Source: the human T2T-CHM13v2.0 reference genome, Homo sapiens. Taken from it: 64,000 nt of DNA. Below are positions 28,386 through 43,151 of this stretch, piece by piece; the first letter of the stretch is position 1, and each line of letters starts with the position of its first letter. Position numbers and translations under genes: made by a program. Where the stretch lies: NCBI RefSeq assembly GCF_009914755.1, contig NC_060932.1. One strand, given 5' to 3'. The notes beneath the pieces were generated by a model, which worked only from the letters and a program-made list of their open reading frames with translations, had not been told where the DNA came from and searched no databases.

Positions 28386-29418
28386 GGAAGAAGACTTCCT
28401 TAAGAATTGCTGTTCAACTTGGGAAGTGAAGATTGAGTGGGGGTTTTCTAGGTCTACAAGGAGATGTCCACAAGGAGGAGGAGAGCATTGAAGAAGAGGG
28501 AACAATATGTGAATGGGTAAAATCAGTGTCTTGAAGGATTGATGATGGTGATGTGGTCAAAATAGGAAATTTTTAAAACTTTCTTTTTAGTGGTAGGGGA
28601 CTTTCTGCCTTGGGTTTCAGAGAAAAACCAGTCTCTCATTTTTTAATGCTCTAAAACTTTTTATGTGTCTCTGCTCAGAAGCACTGCAATTCAGTTGCTC
28701 CATAGCCAATCACATACTGCATACTGACTACACCTACCAGATGTAAGGCACCATGGGGTCAAAGGATGCATGAGACAGCCTCTGTCCTCAATCAAGTCAC
28801 AGTTTAGATAAACCATCCAGATTAGCAACACAAATTAGAAAGAAATCACTCTTTTCTATCATAGGTAAAAATATCACAAAGTTTTAGAAGAAACTAGTTA
28901 ATTTCTTAGTTTAGAATGTACAACATGGTAAGTTCAAAAAACTGATAGACATTAACATCTTTTTCTCCCTAAAAAGAAAGATGAGCATTATGTTTTTATA
29001 GTAGAAAAGGAAATATGATGTCAATTGTGTAGTTACGACCTGTTGCTCGCTCTCTCTCACTGCCAGGGAAGACCCCACCTACTCAGATGGGGAGGACTGC
29101 AGGGAACACCTAGGAAAGTTGGGTGCAAGGTAATAGGGCCCTGGAGTCCACAAGCCACACTTTCCCCAAGTTTTGCATAACAGAAGCAGAGAAGCAGTCC
29201 CTTAAAAGTCCATGTAGCCTTATCAATAGTAATCAGCATGGACTCATAACACAAGCCGTATTGTGCATTGGGCTCTTACTATGTTGCAGTGTCATTCTAA
29301 GCACTGTATTGACTTATTTATCCTTATAACAACACTACCAGGTAAGCGCTAATATCACCATGCTCATTATAAACAGGAGGAAACTGACAGAGAACTGACT
29401 TGCCCATGGTCACTCCAC

Positions 29419-29855
29419 TGTATTAGTTTTCTGTGGTTGCTGTAACAAATTACCACAAACTTGGAGGCTTAAAACAATAAAAATTTATTCTCTCACAGTT
29501 CTGGGGAACAGAAGTACCAAATCACCGTGTTGGCAGGGTCACACTCCCCCCAGAGGCACTATCGAAGAATCCTCCTCTGCCTCTCCCAGTTTTTGGTGGC
29601 TCCTGGGGTTCCTTGGCTTGTGACTGTGTCATTCCTATCTCTGCCTCCATTTTCTCATGGTCTCCTGCTCTGTCTGTGTCTTCTCTCCTTCTTCTAAGGA
29701 CATTTATCATTCCATTTAGGGCCAGGATGATCGAGAGTCTTAACTTGCGTGACTTCTGCAAATACCTTTCCTTCCAAACAAAGTCACATTCACAGGGCTG
29801 GACTATTAGGACATGGACACATTTTGTGGGGGGTACCACCATTCAACTCACTACA
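29419..29855 (-). mobile_element. MLT1C-like solo LTR inserted in a minus-strand MIR (~29250-29940)
   Basis: 'tgtattagttttctgtggttgctgtaacaaattaccacaaactt...attcaactcactaca'; MIR sequence on both flanks. Confidence 0.88.
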
Positions 29856-30384
29856 GTAGCTATCGAGGAATGAAGCTAGAATTCACGACCAAGCAGCCTG
29901 ACTCCAGGGTGCTTCCTCTCCAAGCCACCCCAATACACTGCTTTGCAAAGACCAAGATATGGGGAAAAGGGGCAAATCAGAGAGAGCATTCTTGGATGTT
30001 CTGCATTAGGTAAGATTGCTGAAACCTTCATTTGACCCTGTTCAGTGGGGAAGAGTATTCCAGAAACGACTGATATATCATTTCTAACCAGCCCATGTTT
30101 AAAGGTAAGATGGCATTTCTTTAACCCTGTATTGTGGAGTAAACTTTGCTCCTACAACTACAGAGAATTAAAGAATAACACTAGGTCATTTTTTCCCATT
30201 TGCTGGGAAATCAGGTAAATGTTTAAACATCAAAATTTATGATATGTTTTCCAGGCAGTTCAAGGAGTTAAATGATTTAGCCAATCTCAGAAAAGTAGCT
30301 TCTCTATGATAATGGAAAAAGAGAGACTTGCATATTGGGAAGGAGTCTCAGCTTCTAAGGAAACCAGATGCTTAAGTTAATTAA

Positions 30385-30540
30385 GCAAAGACCTCTGGTC
30401 TGGCAGTTGAGGACTTTAGTAATCCAGGTGTGCTTTACTCCAACAACCCTGGACAAATCCCATGGCATTTTAATGGCCTCAGTTTCCTCATCTGTAAAGT
30501 AAGATGGTTAGAATAAATAACTCCAGCAGTTTATGATTCG
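30385..30540 (+). mobile_element. MIR fragment
   Basis: 'ggcctcagtttcctcatctgtaaa'. Confidence 0.7.
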
Positions 30541-31482
30541 CTTTAAAAATTTTTGCTCAGAAAGGTTTTTTTGGCTTGACGACTTCACTACTATTCAAAA
30601 AGATCTTGAAGAAAACCCATTATATTTAAATATTTATTTTTCTATTGAGTTATATCATATTCCACTTAATTTTTAGCAAAACTTTTAGCAATAAACTTCC
30701 AAAAGAAATTTTCTTTAGAAGTTCTCCACAAACTTGAAACTAATTTTGCATACATCAACTTTTACTCTGCACTAAAAGTTCCCCAGAGAAGAATTTCCTC
30801 ATAAATTAATGATTTTAATATCTGCTGGGAAACTTCAACCCTAATTATCTCCTAAAAAATAACAAAATAATTGGTAATGGTACAATTTATACCAATAAAT
30901 CATTTTCAGGGGTAGAAGCTCCCACTTTTGGAAAGTCTAACTATATCATTGGTAATTCTGTTGTAAGTTGCTAAATTAGTTGCATGAGAAATTGCACAGG
31001 ACTTTTGGAACTATTTTAATGCATTCAAATTGCCTCAGTTTTGCATCAAGTCACTTATAAATATCTTTTGAGGAAAGAATACACCTTGAATGGATCAGTA
31101 GGTATTAAGTGTCAACTTCTCATATTCAAAACTATCAATAATGATTTCACTGAAGCCAGGTGACTAGCTTTAGAAAATGGTTCTTTATTCCCTCCCCAAA
31201 CTACTGGAAAGAGGTGTTTAATGGAACAATCATGTTTCACTCATGAACTCCACAGCCACCATCATATTGTAGGCATTCATAGCAATTCAACCAAGGTGGT
31301 TGTTAAAACAGAAAACACAAAACACGTTTAATCTGCAGGTAACATTGAAATTTAAACTTCCCATTTTCTTTGTGTATGTTCAGAACTTTAAAACTCAGCC
31401 TGAAATAAGAAAATATATGTCAGCAAGAGCATGAAATATCTTGGCAACCACTTCTGGGCAGTCACCCTCAACTTTAATGTAA

Positions 31483-31917
<435 letters not shown>

Positions 31918-32340
31918 TAATGTCTTATTTTGGTGTTTCACCTGGATCATCCTGCCAACTTTCCTCATGTTAAATTAAACTCCTGTAAACACTTTACCAT
32001 CCCCAACCCTTCATTACCTTCCCCAGAGGAAAGAGGTGGAGTTTTCACTCTTTGTTCTCTTCCTTACCAGTTTTGCTGTCTCGCTGTATGATTCCTCCCT
32101 ATTCCCGGAGGAAGATTTTTTTCAAGTTATCATAATCTACAAATTGGATTCATAATAACCACTATAGACTGATTCTTTTGTTCTTACAGAATATACAACC
32201 CTGGGGTGACATTTAGTTTTTTATATCTGAAACAACATCACAAAAATTGGGAGTCTGAAAGTATGTTGTAATGCATAGTCTTGTATAGCTATGCTTTGAG
32301 ATGTAATTCCCTGCCTAAACTCTCACTGAAAGAGATAGTG

Positions 32341-32377
32341 ATCACTTCTTGGCCTTTTGGCTAAGATCAAGTGGAGT
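32341..32377 (+). pseudogene. U2 snRNA 3'-truncated retropseudogene (nt 1-37)
   Basis: ATCACTTCTTGGCCTTTTGGCTAAGATCAAGTGGAGT vs the U2 5' end ATCGCTTCTCGGCCTTTTGGCTAAGATCAAGTGTAGT: 34/37 identical, two of the differences being CpG transitions. Flanked by an imperfect direct repeat. Confidence 0.92.
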
Positions 32378-32833
32378 GATAGCGTGCCTCTTTATAAAGT
32401 AGATGTGCAGCAGTGTGTGTGCTAATGGAAGTGAGACAGGGAGAGGGCAGTTGGCAAGGCTAGGGAAGTTGGCAAAGTTAGGGAAGGTTTGTGCACAGAG
32501 GAAGCCCAGAATGGCATCTGAAATAATAACTGAGACTACCCAGTTGGAGGATTTTTGTGGGAAGACCATGGGCTGTCTACCCTCTGCTACTTTCTTTGTG
32601 ACTTCTGTCAAGTTAAAACTTTTTGAGTCTCTGTTTCTTCATCTATATAGTGGGGAGGGCAGATCAATGCCATCATTTAAAAATCCAGGTAATACTCTTC
32701 ATTCCTAGTATTACTTGATCTTTTTGATGTTATTAGACATAGTTCTTTCTCCCTTGGTGTTTGAGATACCACTAATTTGTTTATTTCATCCTGGTTTTAA
32801 GATAGTTTTCTTTGCCTTAAAGATTGGGGGTCT

Positions 32834-33153
32834 GGCCTGGGGTGGTGGCTCATGCTTATAATCCCAGCAGTCTGGGAGGCTGAAGCAGGGGTATTGCTTG
32901 AGCCTGGGAGTTCCAGCCTGGGCAACATAGGGAGATCTCACGCTACAAAACATTTTTAAATTAGCTAGATGTGATGGCACACCTGTGATCCCAGCTACTT
33001 GAGAGGCTAAGGTGGGAGGATGACTTGAGCCCAGGAGGTTGAGGCTTCACTGAGCCGTGATAGTGCCACTACACTCCAGCCTGGGTGACAGAGTGAGACC
33101 CTGCTGCAAAAAAAAAAAAAAAAAAAAAAAAGAGAGAGAAAAACAAAAAGAAA
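32834..33153 (+). mobile_element. AluJ
   Basis: 'gcttgagcctgggagtt...gggaggatgacttgagcccaggaggttgaggct'; A-tail; approximate TSD aaagattg(g/a)gg. Confidence 0.93.
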
Positions 33154-33169
33154 AAAGATTGAGGCTCCC

Positions 33170-34900
33170 CATGATTCTCTCTTTAACTCTCTTCTCTTCT
33201 TATTCTCAGGGTAATCTCATCTGTACACACAAATTTGAATAACATCTCCATAGTTATGGTTCCCAGATTCATGGCTCTGGCTTAGTCCTTTCTCTTCCAT
33301 TCCATGTTATAAATACTTCTTACCAGACATCTCCACTTGATGTTCCCCAAGCACCTCAACCCATTATGTTCAAAGTTGAGCTCATCTTTTCCTCCAAATC
33401 TGATTCTCTTCACATATTCCCTAGCTCCATGAATGGCACCACCATTCACCCAATTGATTACTTGTACTTGGGGGCCTCTGAAACCATTCTCAGATTCAGT
33501 AATTCTCTAGAGAGGCTTGCAGAACACATAAAATCTCTAATACCCACTGTTACAGTTTATTGTAATGAGAGGATACAGGTTAAAATAGGCAAGGGTAAAA
33601 GGCACATGGGGCAGAGAATAGATGAGACCAGGCACAAGCTTCCAATTCTCCTCTCCCTGTGGGTTCTTACAGATATCGCTTAATCCTCCCAGTAACAATG
33701 TGTGTCAACACACACCAAGTACAACCGAACAGAGAGGCTCCCCAAGCCTTGATGTTCAAGATTTTCACTGGGGTTTGGTCACATAGTTGTGGCTCACTGC
33801 CCACACGGCTAGCATTTGTTATTTAGCGTCCACTCCTTCCAAAGGTCAAGTTGATACTGCATGACCTAAGGCCCCCGCCATAAATTGCGTTGTTTGCATA
33901 GATGACCTGGCACAACCCAAAGCCTTAGGTAAATAAAGACACTCTTAGAAAACAGGGTATTCCAAAGGCTCAGGGATTATCTTTCAGGAGATGGGCAGGG
34001 CCCAGTTGGGTTTTTTTTTTTTTTTTTTTTGGAATTTGCAGGGTTTGAACAATTCAGATCTGCTAAGCTAATCGTTTACTGCACATGATTGAAGCCCAAA
34101 ATGTACTATTTATAACAAACTCTATTTTGTAGCTTAGCACCCATATCCAACTGGTCTATAAGTCTTGTTTCTTCCATCCTCATATCTCCATATATCCACA
34201 CATCCATTCTTATCCATAGCTCTTCCTTCCCCAGCCCCAAACAAATCTGTTACCAAGATTTATTTATTTTCTTCATAATGGTCACCCAATCTAACCCTTT
34301 TTCACCTTTCCCAACTACTCCTGCCTTGGCTTTGACCCCCATCATGTCTAACATTGCCTCCTTCTGCCTCCTACCAGTCATCCTCCATACTGCTTTCAGA
34401 ATGATTCCTATAAAACAGAAATTTGGCCACATCATTCTGCTTCATAAAGTCTAGGAAGCAAGTATGAGTACCTCTGTTTTGTTCATGCTCCTTGGCATAT
34501 CCTTGAATAATATGGCTGCCAACTACCTCCCCAGCCTCCTCGCTCATCATGCTCCAGACTATCCAAAATGCTTATCTCCATGTCTTTGCATATGTTGTTT
34601 CTTCTACCTGAATGTCCTTTCCCTCCTACAGTCTACCCATCTAGCCAACAATTTCCTGGGCTAACTTCCACTTACTGCATGAGTCAACTCAGACAATAGT
34701 TCCCTTAGAATGTCTTACCTGCCTTCAAAGTTGTGTCATGTGTCCCTTCTCTGTACTTTGGAAACATTCTACTCATGTTCATCATTTTACATCTCACCTT
34801 ATTCCACTCACCCTATATATTTCTTCATCTCCCTCACTGGACTAAGGGGCCCCCCAATGACAATGATTGCATGTTTCAAGTTGCCATCCCTGAAACCCAG
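33170..34900 (+). mobile_element. L2 split by an LTR insertion
   Basis: 'agacatctccacttgatgttccccaagcacctcaa...aatggcaccaccattcaccca' resumes after 34085. Confidence 0.7.
33462..34085 (-). mobile_element. MER77/MER21-family ERVL solo LTR
   Basis: 'accattctcagattcagtaattctctagagaggct...gttacagtttattg...gaggatacag...aataaagacactct...tttactgcaca'; TGATT on both sides is a possible 5-bp TSD. Confidence 0.75.
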
Positions 34901-37039
34901 TGGAACCCATGAAAGGGATGTACTTCTGAAGACTTGACATAACTCAAAACTGGCACAATTGCAAATCCAATCTTAAGAAAGAATAGCAGGTATTAGTATT
35001 TCTGGTTAAAATGGGGCAACAATATGGCAATGGCATAAACACATTTTACCAATTCCTCATGCCTGCCATCTTTGTAAATATTCAGTATTTTGATGAATTT
35101 TTAACTTGGGGAGGTTTGCATAGTTTCAATGTTTTGCATAGAGTGAAACTGTAATATGCAATTCATATTATTTCAAATTCATATAATTTAAATTAACAAC
35201 AAATGTAATGACCATGTCCAGTACCTTATTTATAGTAAGTCCTTAATGTCAGTTTCATTTCCAACCAGTCATCCCCATGCCTATTCCTATATCTTGTTTA
35301 CTTTCTTCATCATTTTCATTTTCATTACCATAGTCATCATCAGAATTATTTCCTAAAATCTTAGAGAAATGAAAGCCATATCTTTTCTGTCCTCTCTTAC
35401 AAGTCATTACAATTTTTTCCAAAAATTATGAGTGCAGAAGTGTAAGCAAATACACTCTATATTTCTCATTTTTAAGAAACAGACTTCTTGTCTCTCATTT
35501 ATTCTCTGTAGCAAGAGTTTGGAGTAATCATCAGAGACCATGCTTTTAAATAGACAATGATCCTGGCATATCTGATACCAGATGCAATATGAAATATTAT
35601 CTCAGTTAGTGAGGTCGCATTTTTAAGTAATCTAATGCAGATAAAGCCATATCTAAAAAGTGGATTTAAAAAGTTTTCAAATTCTTAACTACTACTTGCA
35701 TTTTTTTTAATGGTTGTTGGGCCTAGAGTTGTTGCAATGTGTGGTAATAATATTAGTAATTTTAAAAATAATAATAAACTTTTATTATCCTGAAACTAAA
35801 AATGCATAGATTTCTTCAGCCTAGGCACAAAATTTTTTTCTGTGCATTATAGGCTTTTTAAAAAAACAAACAATTCTGTTTTAGCTTTATTGGCTGTCTG
35901 GCAGAGAAGCAGTATAAAAATTGGAACAAAGAAAACAGGTTTTTTTTATTTTTTAGCATATAGATTAGTATTAATTACCATGTAATGAGCTGAAAATTCC
36001 TGCCAAGAAGCTGAAGTTTGCGGATCCTTTAATGAGTATTTTCTTCCCACCGGGTAAAATAAAATTTTAAAAGTGTTAGGGATTTGCACTTGGAAAACAT
36101 CTCTAAGCTATTTATACAAGCAAGTCAATAGGAAAAGCACATTTTCCATTTATAGCCTTTGTAGTGCATTTATGGACCTGACGTTCCTGGCAGTGTATTG
36201 CTGCCAGTGGTAGCTCTGGGTTGTGGCATTGGGCAGACTTCGGTGCAGCAGGAGGGAGACCAACATCCTCCACATCCAGACAGGCTTCTCAGGCCAGCCT
36301 TGGGCTGGCAGTCACCTAATCTATGTTAAGAGTTCTCAGTCCCCATTTAACTTTCCAAACTGGAAGAAACCACAAAAGTGTGCTTTCTTACTCTCACCTT
36401 CAAAATGGATTCAGCCCATGACAGACACTCCGACCATTGAGGGACACCAGTAACAAGAGGCCACCAGTGTCATCGTTTTTGGCCTTGTCCCAGTTGAAAT
36501 GTTTTTGGCCAGTTTGCCACCGCTGCCATCTCTAAGAATATTTTTGAGGAGGAAAAGTCTAAGCACAAACGGATACAAACAAAACCGGGCTGCTCTGGAG
36601 GCCATGCAAATGCACCATGAAAATGTACCACCCCCAGCTCTCTTGCTGCAAGAAATGTGACTAACGAATGGCCCTAATTTCTGTGCTCTGAATCCACCAC
36701 CATGATCACTGCTCTCAGCCAAAGACCAAGACACATGGCAAGCCCGTGTGTGCCACAGCTACTAGGCAAGACCCAGGTCTGAGAGTTGCAGGTCTCCTCA
36801 GATGGGCAGCTTTGGAGTGAGGACCTCCATCAACCTGGCCAAAACCTTTGTAGAACTGCATTACAGACCAAGACTCTCCCTGTCACTCTCCTTCCTTCCA
36901 CTCTCCTTTGCAGGACTCTCCTCACTACCTCTGGCTACCTCCTCTTTTCTCGCCACAGATTTTTTCTCCAATACGTCTTTTACATGTCAAGTCCTGTCCT
37001 CATGTCTGTTCCTATGACAATTCAGGCTAAACCAACTAT

Positions 37040-37530
37040 TGTATCTGTTAGGATTATGTTACCTTACATATATTAGAAAATTCAAAATAACACTGTCTCA
37101 GTGATCATTGAATTCCATTTTTCTCTCAAGTCCAGGAGCATAAAGTTCAGTGCTGGTGTAACTGAAGAGGTTTGTTTTGTTTTGTTTTCTCTGCCATCCT
37201 AATACTGGTTTTCATCCTCAAGGTCACCTCATGGTACAAAATAGCTGCTAAACTCCAACAATTCCATCTGCTTCAGGCAGTAAGAGAAAGTAATGGCAGG
37301 GGACCAAGTGGTGTTCCTCCTAATCAAGCTGTCTTTAAAGAGCCTTCTTGGAAGTTTCACACAACTGCCCCTGTAGTTAGATAGAACATAACTATATTGG
37401 CATATCTAACTGGAATGGAGGCTACAAAAGTAGCATATTAGCGGAGAACACTGACATCCAGAATAGCACTGGTGTTCTATTACTAAAGAAAACTGAAAGT
37501 ATAGATATTGGGTGGCAACTTTCAATCCAC
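37040..37530 (-). mobile_element. Old MaLR LTR (MLT1K/L-like)
   Basis: 'ctctgccatcct...ttttcatcctcaaggtcacctcatggtacaaaatagctgct...gatattgggtggcaact'. Confidence 0.7.
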
Positions 37531-38855
37531 TCCCGTCCTGCCCACCCCACCACCACCACCACCACCACCACCCTCATTCCCTGCTTTCTTTGTCCATTTC
37601 TTGTAGATATTGAGAAACAGGATGAAGTCTGGCTCCTGAGAGAAGGAGTCCTGCTCATGAACCCATTCGTCTTTGTCCAGTGAGGCATGAGCATGACCCT
37701 GTGATTTCTTATTTAGCTTTCCAGAGGTCCAGTCTCAAGATTTCAGGGTGTAAGTGAAAGTCTTTAATTATCCTGACTAGACAGACACAAGTATAAATTC
37801 TACATGTCTTCAAAATTACAGTGTAGTTGTTAAAAATGAATGGGCTTAGATGTCAAAAAGAATTAGACCCAACTCCCAGTTCTTTTTTTCACTAATGATG
37901 TGAACTAATGACCAAGAAATCAAGCCCTTCTGCCACATAGTAAATGCTCAATAAATGTTAGTTAGCTAGTGGTTTAATATTTTTATGTGCGGTGAAAAGT
38001 GAACCCTTAAAAAATGTAGTGAGCACAAAAAACAATCCTAAAAGCTCTTTGGCTTTTAACTTAGCTCATCCTAAATGCTGTACTCCAAAACACCAAACCT
38101 GCCCTTTTTTATGATGTTTTCAGGTATCTTTGTAATAGCACTGTTTTGAATACTTCCTATCTTCTTTCTTTTCTCAAGCCCTGTGCTAGCACCCTTTCCC
38201 AGTATTTCTGGTTCTGCCTTTTACTCTTTTTCCTTTTCTAGGCTTCCTGGCCTTCTAGGATGTTCACCAGGTCCCCTTTCTAACCTCCAGTAATACAGCC
38301 ATGTCTTTTTAGGTTTCTCCCAGCACTGCACACCTGGCATCCTCATGTGGCAGTGCAGACTCACCTGAACTCTGGGCTTCCTGCTATCTACAGGTTGAGG
38401 ATCACCAGTAAATGGTATTTAGTAAGCATCTTCTCCCTGCATATTTTTAATCATTTCAGTATTCTGAGACCAGAATACATATTTCCAGCCAATTCATTCA
38501 GATTACATAAACATATAGCAGTGCTTAGCTAACTTGAACTTAATTCTAGATCAGCTAATGAAGAGACTAGAAGAATCTCCTTATCTAAAGGCTTCTTGTA
38601 AAATCACACAGGAAAATCTTAATAATCTCTAAGCTTGCAGATGGAATGTTAACTACATTGCATACTATAACAAAATATAATCACTCAAAATACTGTGTTT
38701 ATTTGGATATCATGGCTAAATTTTTTTTAATTTCTTGTTTATAAGTACATATTAATATTTCATCTTTCTGTACTACTAAACTCTGCTAATAATCACTTGC
38801 CCATATGCCACAGTTTATCAATTTGAAGAAGTTTTTATTTTTTTAGTCTTTTTAG

Positions 38856-39154
<299 letters not shown>

Positions 39155-39160
<6 letters not shown>

Positions 39161-39300
39161 AAGAGAAGAGGAGAGGAGAGGAGGGGAGGGGAGAGGAGAG
39201 GAGAGGGAAAGGGAAAGGGAAACGGAAAGGGAAAGGGAAAGGGAAAAGGGAAGGGGAAGGGAAAGGGGAAGAGGAAGGGGAAGGGGAAAAGAAGAAAGAA
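39155..39300. repeat. Polypurine (GGAGA/GGGAAA/GGGAA)n tract
   Basis: About 145 nt almost purely A/G, with a single C. Confidence 0.95.
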
Positions 39301-39667
39301 TATTGAATATAAACAATAGCCTATTATAGCTTTTCCTGCCTACAAAGTTGAATAATTTTTCAACCAGAGATATCTCCCTAGGATCCTATACTTCTTATGT
39401 CCGTGGCCTATGAAAACTTGCTTGCCTTTCCAGGACTCAGTTGTCTCAGTTATCAATTATCAAGAGGAGTTCATAGTAGCTACCTGGTGGGATTGTGGTA
39501 AAGGTCAGAGACAGAGGCAAAGAAGCACTAAGCCCAGTGCCTCCTATTTGATAGGCACTCAATAAAAGAGGGCCATGGTGGTGGTGATGATGATTATGAT
39601 GAAAATGGTGATGACGATTATAGGAGGATGTGAAACTGGAGGAGAAGAAGGGAATGGAGAAGGAGGG

Positions 39668-40153
39668 TGCATTTGTTTTCTATTGCTACAGTAAAAATTT
39701 GCCACAAACTTAGAAGTCAGAAGTTCATGGGCTCAGTGGGTTTCTGTACTTTGAGTCTTACGAGGCCTAAAGCCAGGTGTCAGCAGGGTTGTGTTCCTTC
39801 TGGGGACTCTAGGAGAGATGTTTCCTGGGCATTTCCAGCTTCTAGAAGCTGCCTGCATCTCTTGGCTCGTGGATTCCTTCCTCCCTCTTAAAAGCCAGCA
39901 ATGGTGTGTCAAGCCTCTGGGGCTTTGAAAGAGAATGTCTTTCATCTTATCTTTCTGACTTGCTGCTCTGCCCTTCTCTTCCACTTTTAAAGGCCCACAC
40001 ATTCACATTGAGCCCACTCAATAATCTCCATATATTAATGTCAATAATTTTAACACCACCTCTAAAGTTCCTTTTGCCATGTAAGACAACATATCCACAA
40101 GTTCCAGAGACTAGGGTGTGGCCATCTTTGGTGACCATTCTTCTACCTACACA
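39668..40153 (-). mobile_element. MLT1D/C-like solo LTR
   Basis: 'ttttctattgct...ccacaaacttag...gtgtcagcaggg...tttccagcttctagaagctgcctgcat...ggccatctttgg'. Confidence 0.85.
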
Positions 40154-42705
40154 GAGGGAAAGGAAAATGTCAGTCATCATAGGAATAATTTATAAATTTA
40201 GATATTGTATTCTAAAGGATTCAGGCTTCCTCAATGTTCAAAGGGAAACACAAGCTTACATGATAAAGTCAACTTGGTGCAGTGGAAAGAACACTGACCT
40301 CAGTTCCATCTCTATAGCCCCAGGTCAGACATTAAGCATTATTATCTTGTTGCTCATCTATAAAACATGAATGTTAGTTTCATGATATAAAAAGTTGTTT
40401 CCAGTTACAAAATTCTATTATTTAGTTAGAATACACGCAATAGCCAAGAAAGAGCCTCCTGAATCCTACCACGAATTAGAATAACATTATTTCACCAAAA
40501 CTAAAGACAAATTTAAGATTATGCTATGGTCCATGACCCATGTAAAGAACTATAATGAGGATGAAGCCCTGGTTTATTTTTTAATTGATTAGTCACATTA
40601 AAAGATAAGCACATGTTGTCAGTTTCTCAGCATGGAAATTCTCCTGCTGCAAGCGGTCTCCTCTGTGAAAGAACAGAAAAGCCAAGCAAAGCACGATACA
40701 GAGCTCAGCCTGAGCAGACAAGAGCCATTATGTGCACATATCTATTACTTCTAGGTACAGAAATGCATTAACTTCTGTAAAAATATGATTGCTGTTCCTC
40801 TCAAGCAGTTTCTAAGTATAAAAGTGTCCCAGGTGGAGGACAGATTTTTAGATTTTGTCCACTCTTCTATAATTTTCCATTCTCTTAGGTATTTCCCATA
40901 GCTAGATCTTTGGATGGGGGTTTCCATTAGTAAATGCAGCAGAAAGATGTTGGCTTATCTGTAACAGTGCAACCTGTTTCTCAATCAACTAGGCTTCTTA
41001 ATGGTGTTTTAAAAATAATATTCATCATCAACTAATTCAGAGTGATTTCTTCTCATCTCTGTACCTCTTGCAGTCATGAGAATTAACCCATCTTTAAAAC
41101 TTCCATGTAATAGAAAATAGTTTTATTCAGCATCTTTAACTAAACACACCCTTACTTATGATTTCATTAACATTTACAGATCATCTTATCTATACTCTGC
41201 ATAAGTCTAGACATTGAAATACAAAGATGACTGTATGTAGATTTTCATTTCAAGAATCTCAAAGTCTATTAGGAAGAAAGACACATTAAATTAAATAAGT
41301 AAAATAATAATAATTGTTATTATAATGCAAGAGGTAGCTGCCATTATAATAATATCTACACAGCGCGGAGATGCCACAATGAATATTGCCAGAGAAGTGT
41401 AAAGATGTCAGAGAAGCTTCAAAGGAGTCGTCAAATACAAGCTGGCTTTTTATTTTTCCAGGTGCACCAAGTAGGAAAGGGAATTTTATGCAAAATTAAC
41501 AAAATATACACAAAGGAAGAGAGAGCATGCATTTGTTTAAAAACTCTTTTTCTGTCAAATACCAGTGTACATTAACTTATTCCCTTACATTTTTTGACAT
41601 GGACAAGAAGATCTGCATATGTAATTTGCTAAAATTGAACATTACTTCCACTGGTAAGAATTCCAAAGAGACCAAGTTTTGAAAAGTGAAAAATGTAATA
41701 GAGGAGTAGAAATTTTACATGATCTTAGGATATATAAAAGAAAATCTTAAAACACATTGGTACTTAATTCCAGTAACTTATGAGTCAAGGAGACAGCTGT
41801 GTAAAGCAAACTGACAGAGGCAAAACCCAAGGAGGTTGGAAGTAAAATAGGAATGAAGGATGGGAGAGATGTATGAACAACTCCAGAATCGAAACATCTG
41901 AAAACTCTTCAATATCTAGAGACAGGACTAGGCTCAGGGGAAAATGTCTTAATATGTGTATTATTTGCAAAAGAAAAGTTTCTAATCATCTCATTAAAGG
42001 TGTTAAGAAACATTTTAAAGAGTTTCAAGTCAGGAAAGGATGGCATATGGAATAGTTGCCATCATTAATAATTTGTTATATCATTGATACTATTTTTATT
42101 TAGCCTTTTGTCTTTAGTAGTTAATATTATTGGAGTTAATAATATGTGGAAGGTTTATGTACTATTTTTGTTTATTAATAATTGAGGAGTTTACATACTA
42201 CTTTTGTTTAATAATAATTTTATTGTTTTAGAGGAAGCTGCCAGCTTCTTTTTGCTTAAGTGGATAGAAAAACTTTCCTTGGAGAAGATTTTCTTTGTCT
42301 CTTCCCTAACACTTGAATGTCTCTTCCTGGCTATGACGATTAGAATAAAGTAAAATAGGATTATCTGTGGCCTAATAGAGACTACTTCTTCCAATAACTT
42401 TAGATTTACAGGCCTGATAATGGCAGGGGTTGGGGAAAGGAAAGAGCAAATCTTAATAAAATCTAAGGTAAATTCTGGAAAAAAAAGATTAATACCTGAA
42501 ACACCTATTCTTTGGTGATCTCATATAACTAAACTCTCTTTAATTGGTTCTCATCATCTTAACTAAGGTTTTCTGGCAAGAAAGGAAACCAACAGCCCCA
42601 AAGTAAAATTCACCATAAGGTTGGATCAACACATGTGACTGAAGTTTGGAGCAGAAGAGCTAGTTTTGCACAGCCTGTATTGATTAACTAGAGCCCTTCT
42701 AATAG

Positions 42706-43041
<336 letters not shown>

Positions 43042-43151
43042 GAGTGTGCATTGTTTAAAGAGCTGTAATGTTAGGAGCTCACAGGTTAAGGCCCACTCTG
43101 AGGGTGGCTAGGCCTGTAAGGGCAGCCCTGGTGAATAAGAATGCATCAGAC

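Noticed and set aside
29067-30110. Two short plus-strand AG...GT exon-like segments (~29067-29129 and ~30046-30104)
   Set aside because: Translations are unrecognisable and the signals are no stronger than expected by chance in 64 kb.
36187-36207. TGGCAGTGTATTG matches the 5' 13 nt of miR-449a and sits in a small hairpin (CTGGCAG...CTGCCAG)
   Set aside because: The match stops at nt 13, the stem is only 7-9 bp and folds within the would-be mature sequence, and there is no ~60-nt pre-miRNA arm. Likely chance.
39906-40370. 154-aa ORF
   Set aside because: Runs through an MLT1 LTR and MIR; starts at GTG; no domain.
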